A stretch of DNA of 64,000 nt from a virus (taxonomy: Duplodnaviria; Heunggongvirae; Uroviricota; Caudoviricetes): IMG/VR virus record IMGVR_UViG_3300020048_006428, positions 183,178-247,177 of that record. One strand, written 5' to 3'. A program made the translations under genes and the position numbers. The notes below the pieces were generated by a model, which saw nothing but the letters and a program-made list of their open reading frames with translations, had not been told where the DNA came from and did no database searches. Every line of letters begins with the position of its first letter. Position 1 is the first letter of the stretch. Below are positions 46,499 through 56,541 of the stretch, piece after piece.

Positions 46499-46945
46499 AT
46501 GTGGAATAAAAAAAATCATGGTGGGAATCCCACTAATAATCAAGATAAGAAATATGCTGTTTTTATTGGAAGATATCAACCTTATCATTACGGTCATATA
46601 AATTTAATTCAACAAAAAATTAATGATGGAATACCAATTCTAATAATGGTTAGAGATATTGAACCCGATGAAAAAAATCCCTTTACAACTGAACAAACAG
46701 TGGCAATGATTGAAAAATATCATAATTCAAAAGGTGATGATGTAAAAGTAATGATTATCCCAGATATAGAATCGGTTAATTATGGTAGAGGTGTTGGTTA
46801 TGAAATTAATGAATATGAACCTACTGAAGAAATTTCATTTATATCTGCTACCAAAATAAGAGATTCTATAAAAAATAATAATTCTGATTGGACTAAAATG
46901 GTAGATGAATCTATACAATCAGATGTAATAAAATATTTAAGTTAA
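46499..46945 (+). CDS. NMN/nucleotide adenylyltransferase-like (cytidylyltransferase superfamily)
   Basis: AVFIGRYQPYHYGH matches archaeal/bacterial NMNAT GRFQPFHxGH. Confidence 0.5.
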   Translation: MWNKKNHGGNPTNNQDKKYAVFIGRYQPYHYGHINLIQQKINDGIPILIMVRDIEPDEKNPFTTEQTVAMIEKYHNSKGDDVKVMIIPDIESVNYGRGVGYEINEYEPTEEISFISATKIRDSIKNNNSDWTKMVDESIQSDVIKYLS

Positions 46946-46946
46946 A

Positions 46947-47198
46947 ATGATTGATAATTCACATAAAAGACATATATTTAAGGCAATTACTTGGCGAATA
47001 ATAGGAACGATAGATACAATAGTATTAAGTTGGATTATAACTGGTGATTTAACAATTGGATTAGGAATAGGTGGGTTAGAACTTTTTTCTAAAATGTTTT
47101 TGTATTATATACATGAAAGAATTTGGTATAAAAGTAATTTTGGTCTTAAAAATAGAAAAAAATATGACAACAATAGAACAAATACTACAAACATTTAA
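46947..47198 (+). CDS. small two-TM membrane protein
   Basis: WRIIGTIDTIVLSWIITGDLTIGLGIGGLELFSKMFLYYI. Confidence 0.35.
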   Translation: MIDNSHKRHIFKAITWRIIGTIDTIVLSWIITGDLTIGLGIGGLELFSKMFLYYIHERIWYKSNFGLKNRKKYDNNRTNTTNI

Positions 47199-48822
47199 TA
47201 AACATCAAAAAGAAATGTTTGATATTCTTAATAAGAATTCTAAGTATCAATTTAGAGTTCCTACTGGTGTTGGTAAAGGTTATGTTATGATAGCGCATAT
47301 TTTAAATAATGTCATAAATACAGAACTAAGCAAATTTGTTATATCATCACATAGACTTAGTCTAAATAATCAACATCTTAGAGATTTAATAAACCTTTAT
47401 ATTGATCTTAATTTAATCAGTAAAGTTAAATTTCTATCGGTTGGATCACAAGCACTTAATATAAATAAACTATTAAGTGATGATTATGAATTGGCTAAAA
47501 AATTTAATAATCAAGTTTTTGAATATAACTTTGGTAAATCTTATAAAATGTCACAAAATGATATTTTTAAATCAACACTTACCAAAGCAGAAGTAAATAA
47601 AATAGTAAACAAAAACACAAAAGATGGGTTTAAAACAATTATAATTTCAACTTATAATTCATTAGATAAAATAAAAGACCAAAAAATTGATATCATCTAT
47701 TTAGATGAGGCGCATATTTTAGCAACAGAAAAAGAAGTTGCTGATTTTAAATCATCTTATGAATCAATTAATTCCACCAAAAGGTTCTTTTTTACTGCTA
47801 CACCAAAAGATGTAGAAGAACAGTTAATTAAAGATGGTGAAGCTTCTGATATATTCTTAATGAATAATACAGATATATTTGGTGATATTTATGAAATAAA
47901 ATTTATTGATTGTGTTCAAAATGGCTATATAACTAAACCAATTATTCATATAGCTTATCCAACCGATTTCAATGAATCTACAAATTATGATTCAGTTGAA
48001 AATAAAACAACATTCATAAAAGATACATTTAAAGCACACGAAAAATGGTTAAAATCAATTTCACATAATCCAACTGAGATTGAACCAAAAGTTCTTGTAA
48101 GATGCGAATCTGTTAAACAAATGTGGTGTCTTAGAAAAGAATTGGTTAAAATATTAGATAAAGATATTATTGTTTGTGCTGGTGCTTCATACAATGATGG
48201 TGATGAAGCTAATCATATTATTGGAAACAAATATATAAAGAACCGTGATGAATGGTTGAAAAAATTGCAAGATGTTGAAGACAATCAAAAGATGATTATT
48301 CTTAACTTTGATATTATGAGTGAAGGAATAAATATTTCCGGTATTACTGGTGTTCTTTTCTTACAAGGTAAAATGCCATCTATTGCTAAGGTAATTCAAA
48401 ATATTGGCAGAACTACCAGGCTTCATCCAATTGATAGAAATAAACTTAAAAATGGTGAAATAAAAGTTGGTGGTGAAAATTGGATAAAACCACACTCTGC
48501 TGTTATTATTCCTTATTGGGATGCTGCTTCTGAATTTACTAAGAAAATACTGGCAGATGTTGTAAGAAAACTTAGGGATTCTTGGGAATTTGATCCACAC
48601 TTCGTTTTAAGCGTAGGTGATGACTTTGCTGAATCAGATGGTAAGAATGATATTGAAGGTCTTAATAACCTAGATAAGAAGGCTAAAAAGGCTAAACTTA
48701 TTGATGAAATTAATCAAGAAATAGAAAAATTAGATTTGTCTAATATAAATGATAAAGAAGAACAAAGAATTGCATCTTTATCAAAAGCTCAACTTTTAAA
48801 AGAAAAACTTAATATTGGGTAA
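47164..48822 (+). CDS. SF2 DEAH-box helicase (ResIII-like)
   Basis: motif I VPTGVGKG, motif II IIYLDEAHIL, motif VI QNIGRTTRL. Confidence 0.55.
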   Translation: MTTIEQILQTFNKHQKEMFDILNKNSKYQFRVPTGVGKGYVMIAHILNNVINTELSKFVISSHRLSLNNQHLRDLINLYIDLNLISKVKFLSVGSQALNINKLLSDDYELAKKFNNQVFEYNFGKSYKMSQNDIFKSTLTKAEVNKIVNKNTKDGFKTIIISTYNSLDKIKDQKIDIIYLDEAHILATEKEVADFKSSYESINSTKRFFFTATPKDVEEQLIKDGEASDIFLMNNTDIFGDIYEIKFIDCVQNGYITKPIIHIAYPTDFNESTNYDSVENKTTFIKDTFKAHEKWLKSISHNPTEIEPKVLVRCESVKQMWCLRKELVKILDKDIIVCAGASYNDGDEANHIIGNKYIKNRDEWLKKLQDVEDNQKMIILNFDIMSEGINISGITGVLFLQGKMPSIAKVIQNIGRTTRLHPIDRNKLKNGEIKVGGENWIKPHSAVIIPYWDAASEFTKKILADVVRKLRDSWEFDPHFVLSVGDDFAESDGKNDIEGLNNLDKKAKKAKLIDEINQEIEKLDLSNINDKEEQRIASLSKAQLLKEKLNIG

Positions 48823-48852
48823 TTTTATTGAATAGAATTAAATAATTAAAAT

Positions 48853-49341
48853 ATGAATACTGATAAACAAAAGGCTATTGAATTAGCATTAGCTAAATTA
48901 ACAATCGAAGAACAAGAATTATTAGGTTTGATTAAGAAACCTAAGAAACCTAAGACAAACTATAAATTAAAAATTAATTATATGATTGGTGATGCAAATG
49001 GTCATACTGATGAAGAATCCACTATTAGTTTAGATAATCCATTTCTTAAAATAATTACTGGTGCTTTAGATAAGTTATGTGTTCTTGAAGGTCATTGGGG
49101 ATTATCATTGAATAGTGAAAGTTTCAAAGGAAATAAAAAAATTGGGAATATCAATGATTTAGAGTGTGATTTGTTATCCTTAATATCTTGTGGTGATGAA
49201 TATTCTACTGATAAATTTTTAGAAAAGTATAAATTTGAAAAATCAGAAAAAAACCAAGATTATATTTATGAATTTGAAGATTTGTTTATTTCCGAAACAG
49301 AATATTCATTTTTAGTTTATAAAGGTTATACATTAAAATAA
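48853..49341 (+). CDS. hypothetical protein
   Basis: ORF. Confidence 0.35.
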   Translation: MNTDKQKAIELALAKLTIEEQELLGLIKKPKKPKTNYKLKINYMIGDANGHTDEESTISLDNPFLKIITGALDKLCVLEGHWGLSLNSESFKGNKKIGNINDLECDLLSLISCGDEYSTDKFLEKYKFEKSEKNQDYIYEFEDLFISETEYSFLVYKGYTLK

Positions 49342-49423
49342 AAAACAAGATTTAGATAGCGAGATTGTTGATATGGTCAATAGAAATTTTGAAGAATTAT
49401 TACTTAAAATTAAATAAATAAAA

Positions 49424-49780
49424 ATGAAAGAAGATATTAAGAAATTATTTACAAAAGCAAAAACACTTGCAACTGCTATTTATAGTGGAAATGGCAACAA
49501 GGATTTTAATTCTGTTTACATAAATGAAGATGGGAGTGTTGAAGTAGAATTCTGTTATTACTCTTGTGGGGATTTAGAGCATGTATATATTTTATTAACT
49601 GAAGATGATATGTCCGGGTCTATTGAAGAAGTAGTAAATAGACAAAATAAAAAAAATGAAGAAGCACTTGTTCAAAAAGAAGCACAAGAATTAGCTATTG
49701 AAAAAGAAAGAGCTGCTATTGAAGAACTACGTGAAATTGCTATTTATCAAAAGTTGAAAGCTAAATATGATATTAAGTAA
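49424..49780 (+). CDS. hypothetical protein
   Basis: ORF. Confidence 0.35.
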   Translation: MKEDIKKLFTKAKTLATAIYSGNGNKDFNSVYINEDGSVEVEFCYYSCGDLEHVYILLTEDDMSGSIEEVVNRQNKKNEEALVQKEAQELAIEKERAAIEELREIAIYQKLKAKYDIK

Positions 49781-49808
49781 CTGAAATAACAAATGAAATT
49801 TATAAAAA

Positions 49809-50318
49809 ATGAAAAAAACATATATTCAAGTTGAAGATATAAAAATACCAATTGAAATCTGCACTTTTTATAGTGATTGTGTGGTTGTTTATTGGGCTGA
49901 TGGTAGTTGTAGCTATGATGAAATTTATAAATATTCGGATTTTACTTATGTTGAAGAAGAAGTAAATATATCTGATTATACATTAAAAGAATATAAGGCT
50001 AAACAAAAGGCTAAACAAGATTATAAGCAATCAGAGTATGAAAAATTCCTTAAATTATTTGAATATGAAAATGGAATAAGACCTATAACATCATTTCAAC
50101 CTACATTTAAATGTGGTTTCTTTTTGGAGTTATGTAGAATACAAGATGCTTGGGAATTATTAGAAGAACCTTCATTAGAAGATTTAGAAAAGATACCAAA
50201 TACAGTAGATTTAATAAAACATAAAGAAGAATATTTAGCTTTACGTGAATGGAGATCTAAATTAGATGATGCTCGGGATAACTGGGAAAAAGACTTTAAA
50301 GATGAAGATGAAGATTGA
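49809..50318 (+). CDS. hypothetical protein, acidic C-terminus (DEDED)
   Basis: ORF; 3' end and junction resemble 6807 ORF. Confidence 0.4.
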   Translation: MKKTYIQVEDIKIPIEICTFYSDCVVVYWADGSCSYDEIYKYSDFTYVEEEVNISDYTLKEYKAKQKAKQDYKQSEYEKFLKLFEYENGIRPITSFQPTFKCGFFLELCRIQDAWELLEEPSLEDLEKIPNTVDLIKHKEEYLALREWRSKLDDARDNWEKDFKDEDED

Positions 50319-50520
50319 AGAAATTTGTAGAAAATATGATGAAACAAAAAATAAATTAAAAAAATCTAATTTTGGTAAATATGGGATGGAACCAACTGAA
50401 AACATTACGAATATTTTAAATATTATAGAACACGAATTTGGTTCAGAAATTAATTATACTGAATATGAAGGATTCCCAATTTATATAGATTATTTTAAAG
50501 AAGTAGAATCTGAATATTAA
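50302..50520 (+). CDS. short paralogue of LRR-family N-terminal domain (MKMKIEEICRKY)
   Basis: start overlaps upstream stop exactly as at 7747; lacks repeats. Confidence 0.35.
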   Translation: MKMKIEEICRKYDETKNKLKKSNFGKYGMEPTENITNILNIIEHEFGSEINYTEYEGFPIYIDYFKEVESEY

Positions 50521-50547
50521 GCATCCATCATTTGAAGGAAGGTAATC

Positions 50548-50580
50548 AAAAAACGCAAGACAAGAATCTATGCGTTTTTT
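50548..50580 (+). terminator. terminator hairpin
   Basis: aaaaacgcaagacaagaatctatgcgtttttt. Confidence 0.5.
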
Positions 50581-50898
50581 GCTTTAAAAAATAAAATACT
50601 TGATAGTGGTGAAGATTATATATTACCTGATATATCATCTGAAAAATTTGATAAATTTATATAGGACTCAATGATGTTGAATATGATAAATATAAACATG
50701 ATAATGGTATGGTTGAGTTAACAGATTTTAACTCACAAACTACAAATGAAATAACATTAGTAGTGGAACAATCCTGGAGAGGCAGAGTTTTAAAATTTAA
50801 GTGTGTGTATGATTCGGATAATGATGAAAATTTTAATGAAGAAGATTATTTTAAAAAATAATTTTTAATATATATTTTGATTTTACAAAAATGTTCCT

Positions 50899-50906
50899 TA
50901 TCTTTG
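50899..50906 (+). promoter_or_regulatory. Bacteroidota sigmaA-type promoter TTTG (50876-50879) - N19 - TATCTTTG
   Basis: 29 nt before ATG 50936. Confidence 0.45.
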
Positions 50907-50935
50907 TTCTATCACTAAAAAAATATAAACTATAT

Positions 50936-51454
50936 ATGAAACAGATTTTATTTTTGTTGTTATTTGCAAGTGGATTGTTTGCACAATCTGATAGTGTTAT
51001 TGTTAATGATACTTTTTATAGACTTTCTTATCAAGGCTTAACTGGCACAGTTCTTGTACATGACTATTTTAATAATAATGGTGTCCATATTGCACATCAA
51101 ATTTTGATGTTGAATTCATATCTTTATACAGAAACGAAACCAGATATTGTTTATTATAATTATAATAAAACAGAAGAAAGACATGAATATGTCGAATCTA
51201 TTTGTGAAATAGGTAAATTGGATCAAGAATCAGAAATAGAACCAATATTAAGGATTTTTGATGATGTTTTTCTACAGATTGATATGAATACACTAGAAGA
51301 AAGTCAGAAGTATACAGAAAAAATAATAAATAATAAAAATGCATTTGTAATTGATGTCAAATTAATATATGATAAAGGAAATTATGAATTGTTATTTAAA
51401 AATCCAAACAATATATTCAAACCTGAAATTTCAGAAGATAATAAAACTAAATAA
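50936..51454 (+). CDS. secreted protein with Bacteroidota-type signal peptide
   Basis: MKQILFLLLFASGLFAQ|SDS signal peptide; start reassigned downstream of promoter. Confidence 0.45.
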   Translation: MKQILFLLLFASGLFAQSDSVIVNDTFYRLSYQGLTGTVLVHDYFNNNGVHIAHQILMLNSYLYTETKPDIVYYNYNKTEERHEYVESICEIGKLDQESEIEPILRIFDDVFLQIDMNTLEESQKYTEKIINNKNAFVIDVKLIYDKGNYELLFKNPNNIFKPEISEDNKTK

Positions 51455-51491
51455 AAAAAGTGATAAACATTTGTTTATCACTTTTTACTTT

Positions 51492-52898
51492 TTACTTACC
51501 TTCTCCAAATTCTTCGCCTTCTTCGCTTGTATTAGCACTTACTGTTTCAGTAGATGTTTGTTTAATATTTTCAGCATACATAGTAATGCTTTTTACGGAC
51601 TCAGCAACTGTTTTGGCCGGATTGCTATTATCCAAATACGTAGAAAGTTTTGTTATTGCTTCATTACTTGTTTTTTCATCTAAGAAATGTTTAGAAAATT
51701 TAGAAAAGTTTTCTTTGAAATCTTCTACTATTTTAGTATTTATTTGTTTTAAAGCTTCACTATCCAATTCCCCAGTTTTAGAAAATGTTGATATATAACC
51801 ATCTATTTCAGCATCGGTCATTATTTTAAATTCTAACATTTTTGATATTCCATCAAATATACCCGGAAATTGCTTCAAATCATCATTATACAACTGCTTA
51901 GGTATGAATTGTTGGTGTAACGCAATTATATTAGATTTAATTAGTTTTTTTGCTTCATCTGGTTTACCTATTATTTTTTCAAATTGGATATATGTTTCCT
52001 TACCTCTGTTTGCAGAAGCTAATGATTGCGAAACCAACAAATCAAATTGAACATCTTGTGACTTATACCCATTGGCTTCTAACCATGCTTTATATTTTGT
52101 CTTATTCTTAATATTAAACTTTTCTTTTGCTTTTTGATTAAACTTTTCTTTTGTTAATGATGCACATTCAAATAAAATATCTATTGTAGTAAGACTACTT
52201 GCAATTGAACCTGGTTTAAAATCAAAATCAAAGTATAAATTTTCTCGGTTTGCTTCAAAATCAACTATACCAGTGTCTATTTCATTGCCTTTAGAACCAG
52301 CTTGTGCTAATCTTTTTAAAGCTAATAAACCATTACCAGATGCAGTTATTTTTTGATTATCATCAGTTAAGCTAAAAACAAGTCTTCCATCATTTACTAT
52401 TTCTTTATCACCAACTTTAAGATAATCTGTAACATCATTTCCGCTTTTATCCACTTTAAGTTCAATGTTTGGTTTTTTAGTAGGTCTAAAACAATCTAAG
52501 ATTTTTGATTGGTCTTTTTTAAAAGCTGCTTTTAATTCACCTACTGTTGTTTCATAGAATCTTGAATCTGGTCCATATCCATTTCCATTAGTCCATTTTA
52601 ATCCAAAATCGTCTAATGCATCATTATAACAATCTGTTCCAGATGTGGATCCCATAATAATTTTTGCTTGTATAGGATCTACATTAGTTGGTTTAGTTCC
52701 ACTTGTCATCCATCTATAAATACCATATGCTCCTAATCCTACTAGACCAGCTACACCAACAGCAAGGGAAATTGGTGCAAATCCTATTCCGGATGCTACA
52801 CCAACAGCTTTAACAACAACTGGAACAGCATATGCAACACTAAATTCTTCATTTATCTTATCTTCTTTAAACTTATTATAATTTTTAATATATTTCAT
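51492..52898 (-). CDS. hypothetical protein with N-terminal glycine-zipper membrane segment; higher GC
   Basis: AVPVVVKAVGVASGIGFAPISLAVGVAGLVGLGAYGIY; codon usage differs from bulk. Confidence 0.45.
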   Translation of the reverse strand: MKYIKNYNKFKEDKINEEFSVAYAVPVVVKAVGVASGIGFAPISLAVGVAGLVGLGAYGIYRWMTSGTKPTNVDPIQAKIIMGSTSGTDCYNDALDDFGLKWTNGNGYGPDSRFYETTVGELKAAFKKDQSKILDCFRPTKKPNIELKVDKSGNDVTDYLKVGDKEIVNDGRLVFSLTDDNQKITASGNGLLALKRLAQAGSKGNEIDTGIVDFEANRENLYFDFDFKPGSIASSLTTIDILFECASLTKEKFNQKAKEKFNIKNKTKYKAWLEANGYKSQDVQFDLLVSQSLASANRGKETYIQFEKIIGKPDEAKKLIKSNIIALHQQFIPKQLYNDDLKQFPGIFDGISKMLEFKIMTDAEIDGYISTFSKTGELDSEALKQINTKIVEDFKENFSKFSKHFLDEKTSNEAITKLSTYLDNSNPAKTVAESVKSITMYAENIKQTSTETVSANTSEEGEEFGEGK

Positions 52899-53336
52899 TT
52901 AATTAATTATTTTTTATATTGTATATATTAAAAAAAAATTACTTTTTCTTCAAATCATATTTACTATTGTATATATTAAAAAAAAAATAAAATTTTTTAA
53001 ACTTTTTGATAGTTAGATTGGTTATACCTATATAACATTCAAAATATGACAAAAACTTTTAGTTTAAAATAATATCAAGAATCTTTGAACTTTCTACTAC
53101 CAAGATTGGTTATATCTATATAACATTCAAACATACAAATACTATGAAAACATATAATAAGAAGACTAAAACACAAATATTGATTGATGCTTGTGGAAAT
53201 GGTGCAAGAGAAGTTTATCTTGAGAAAAATCCACACGGATTCGCTTCTGTCAATAAAGTTCATAGAAGTTCAAAAACTTACAACAGAAAAGCAAAATTTA
53301 ATTAAGAAAACATTTGGATTTTCAATAATTACTCCT

Positions 53337-53344
53337 TATCTTTG
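53337..53344 (+). promoter_or_regulatory. Bacteroidota sigmaA-type promoter TTTG (53313-53316) - N20 - TATCTTTG
   Basis: 62 nt before ATG 53407. Confidence 0.45.
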
Positions 53345-53406
53345 TAGTATCAACTGTTAGTATCAACAAATCAAAATAACTCTAAAACAATAAAAAACAT
53401 ATAATC

Positions 53407-54027
53407 ATGGCTAATCTTTTTAATAAGGCTAAGAAAACTGCGGTAACTACAACTACTAAAGCAAAAGAAAAAAAAGTATCTATTCTTGTTGAAGATCCAG
53501 AATTTTTCACTAAAGTTCAAAAACTTGAAGCTCTTCAAGAACGTATGAAGTTAGATAAAGCTAAGGCTGATAACCTTTCTGATGAAATCAAAGATATTTC
53601 AAAAGAAGAATGGACTAAACTATACCAAAAAACCGGTGTAAACCCAGGTTCTATCTTGATTGAAGCTGAAAATGGTGATGATACAGCATCTGTTATGTTT
53701 ATTGCAGCAGACAATTATATTAAAATTTCACCTGCTCGTGCAGAAGAATTGACTGAAAAATTTGGTGAAGATATTGTTGAAGAAAAAACAACTTTCTCAT
53801 TTGATTTGGCTATGGTTGAAAAATATGGTGAAGTTCTTTCCAAATTAATTGAAGAATCTAATGAAATTGATGAAGATGACAAAGATGCTATCATCAAAGC
53901 AGTTACAACTTTTTCAATCGCTAAGGGAACTATTGACAAAATGAAACAATTTGGTAGAGTTGCTTCTATTATGGAAGAAGTTAAACCAATCGTTTCACTG
54001 AAAAATGTTGAAATTATCAAAGGATAG
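53407..54027 (+). CDS. acidic hypothetical protein, distinct (GC-richer) codon usage, possibly highly expressed
   Basis: ORF with strong upstream promoter and long leader. Confidence 0.45.
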   Translation: MANLFNKAKKTAVTTTTKAKEKKVSILVEDPEFFTKVQKLEALQERMKLDKAKADNLSDEIKDISKEEWTKLYQKTGVNPGSILIEAENGDDTASVMFIAADNYIKISPARAEELTEKFGEDIVEEKTTFSFDLAMVEKYGEVLSKLIEESNEIDEDDKDAIIKAVTTFSIAKGTIDKMKQFGRVASIMEEVKPIVSLKNVEIIKG

Positions 54028-54177
54028 TAAATTAAAGATGGTGAAATAGAGACACAGAAACTACCATGTGATTTGTGGAATAATAGTAAGACACGTAGTT
54101 GGTTTAATACCAATCGTCCTTCACCATTTTATTTTTTAAATATTATTTATAAACATAAAAAAACATAAAAAAATCAT

Positions 54178-54480
54178 ATGAAACCAACAATCGAAGAACG
54201 TTCAAAATTCTTTAAAAAGAATTCAAGTAAAATTGAAAAAATAGTAAATGATAAATTCATAGATACTGAAAAAGAGTTAAATAACCGATTACTTGGATTT
54301 GAAGAAAGTCAAATGAAGTCCAATTTTTTTGATGAGAAGGATTTTGATAAATTTTTAAATGATTTGATATCTTTCATTGGTGAAAATGGACATGATTTCT
54401 CGGAATCTATATCACATAGAGTAAAACATTTAACTAATATTTTAAATGATAGAATAAATAGTAATAGGAAATACAATTAA
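54178..54480 (+). CDS. small protein, paralogue pair member 1
   Basis: first 30 aa and 50 nt upstream identical to 54569 ORF. Confidence 0.4.
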   Translation: MKPTIEERSKFFKKNSSKIEKIVNDKFIDTEKELNNRLLGFEESQMKSNFFDEKDFDKFLNDLISFIGENGHDFSESISHRVKHLTNILNDRINSNRKYN

Positions 54481-54568
54481 AAAAGTTGTAGATGATTTTC
54501 ATAATAACAAAGGACATTTTATTTTTTAAATATTATTTATAAACATAAAAAAAACATAAAAAAATCAT

Positions 54569-54904
54569 ATGAAACCAACAATCGAAGAACGTTCAAAATT
54601 CTTTAAAAAGAATTCAAGTAAAATTGAAAAAATAGTAAATGATAAATTCATAGATACAATTAAAAAAGTTGTAGATGATTTTCATAATAACAAAGGACAT
54701 TTTTCAAAACCAAAAAAAGATAGAAAAATTTCACCTGATGTTAAAAATTTACTTGAAAAATCTTCTTTTGAAGATAAGGTAGCAATTATAATGGATATTT
54801 TGGATAGTGATTTATCAACACCAGTTCAACAAGATATCCTATTGAAGTATAAGGATATCCTTTTAGAAATTAAAAAAATAAATAAGAAAAAATTTATTAA
54901 ATAA
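54569..54904 (+). CDS. small protein, paralogue pair member 2
   Basis: as above; internal IKKVVDDFHNNKGHF segment also present non-coding after copy 1. Confidence 0.4.
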   Translation: MKPTIEERSKFFKKNSSKIEKIVNDKFIDTIKKVVDDFHNNKGHFSKPKKDRKISPDVKNLLEKSSFEDKVAIIMDILDSDLSTPVQQDILLKYKDILLEIKKINKKKFIK

Positions 54905-55174
54905 AAAAAATATTGGAACTTTAATAAGCCTATATTCGTTATATTTATATCTGACAAAAAATAATGAATATCAAAAAAAAGAAAAAGTAAAAATGTCGGA
55001 ACTTTTTGGTAATATATAATGTTATATAATAAATGGTTGATGACTCCATAAAAGTTAGGGAAAAGATAAAGACCTTTTCTAATAATCGAAAAATAGGGAA
55101 CGCCCTTATACGTAAATCGGTGATTATTGGTTCTCTTGCATAGCCTAGCAAGCGTAGTTCAAGCGATATATGGA

Positions 55175-55212
55175 AAAAAGAGATGGTATTAATACCATCT
55201 CTTTTTATTTTG
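55175..55212. terminator. bidirectional terminator hairpin
   Basis: aaaaaagagatggtattaataccatctcttttt between convergent genes. Confidence 0.55.
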
Positions 55213-55651
55213 TCCATTTTTTAAATTTTCCTAAAAAATTTATAAACTCTTCATCAAAATTTCTAACCAGTGCAAAATCTTGTAAAACATCTATATATTT
55301 AAATAAATAATTTTTATCTAAAATTTTTTTACTATTTATAGTTTCTATATAAAGAACACTATTTTTGGTTATTCTATCATATGGTATAGAATTTTTATAT
55401 TCATTCTTTTTAATAAAATCTTTTATCTTATCAAGGTTTTCATCAATAATACCTTTAGACTTATTGAAATCTTCATCATTAAGATTATCAACTAAGAAAC
55501 CATAGAATAATTTTTCTAATGTTTCAAATGTATATTCCCAATCATATATGTTCTTTGTTAATACATCCCCATTTAATACATCCCCACTATATTTATATGG
55601 CTTTAATTCCAGTTCTAAATCACCTATTTCATTTGGAAACAATTTTTCCAA
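55205..55651 (-). CDS. hypothetical protein
   Basis: ORF. Confidence 0.4.
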   Translation of the reverse strand: MEKLFPNEIGDLELELKPYKYSGDVLNGDVLTKNIYDWEYTFETLEKLFYGFLVDNLNDEDFNKSKGIIDENLDKIKDFIKKNEYKNSIPYDRITKNSVLYIETINSKKILDKNYLFKYIDVLQDFALVRNFDEEFINFLGKFKKWTK

Positions 55652-55920
55652 ATCACTAATTATTATTTTAAGAATATATTCAAACTCATTACGAACACTG
55701 TAATATGTTTTATTTTCAATAAATTCTAATTCATTATTTCTAACTCTAATTTTTTTAATAAAAGTTGATTTTATTTTATCCCTATTTATTTTATTATCAT
55801 CTATTTTATAAAATTCTAATATAGATTCAACAATTTCATCAGTTAACTTAATTAATGCTTTTGATGATGATATTTTATTAAAAAATAAATCGTCTATTAT
55901 TTCATAAGAAATCTTTTTTG

Positions 55921-56523
55921 TTATAAATTAACTGCATTATAGCTATCAATTGATTTTAATTCATTGATTCTATTTTCATTCATTTTTAATCTAGATGTAT
56001 TATATTTTTTACTATACATCCTTGCACCTTTTATCTGGGTAATCAATTTTATTTTATAATTATCTTTATTTATCCTATCTATTCCTAGAATTTCGCTATA
56101 ATTAGTTGTGTCATTTAATAATTCAACACATGGTCTATCTTTTCTACTCCAATCTAATTTATTAATATATTCAGCTAATTTACCACCTAAACTTACATGA
56201 AGAATATCCAGTCCTTCATCTAATGTTGGATTGACAATGATATCTTTTTTTGCATAATCTGGATCAGATTTTCTATATAACCTTTCTAACCAATGTTCAG
56301 TTGGTTCAATTGTTAATTTTATCTTTCCTAATTCGTAATAATCTTTATTAGGACTGTTGTATATAGATGTTATCTTATTACTAATATAATTTCTTGTTAC
56401 ATATGGAACAAAAACCTTAGCTTTAACTTCTTCCAATAATATTTCTTCAACAAGAAGATAATCTATCTCAAATAACTGAATATTATCTTCAGATATGAAT
56501 TCTGTAAATTTAAATATTTTCAT
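55921..56523 (-). CDS. hypothetical protein
   Basis: ORF. Confidence 0.4.
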   Translation of the reverse strand: MKIFKFTEFISEDNIQLFEIDYLLVEEILLEEVKAKVFVPYVTRNYISNKITSIYNSPNKDYYELGKIKLTIEPTEHWLERLYRKSDPDYAKKDIIVNPTLDEGLDILHVSLGGKLAEYINKLDWSRKDRPCVELLNDTTNYSEILGIDRINKDNYKIKLITQIKGARMYSKKYNTSRLKMNENRINELKSIDSYNAVNL

Positions 56524-56541
56524 ATAATATATATTAAATTT

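Noticed and set aside
50891-50935. Track start of ORF 50891 (MFLIFVLSLKKYKLY..)
   Set aside because: A canonical TTTG-N19-TATCTTTG promoter lies inside this extension, and the downstream ATG 50936 yields a clean signal peptide, so I used the later start.
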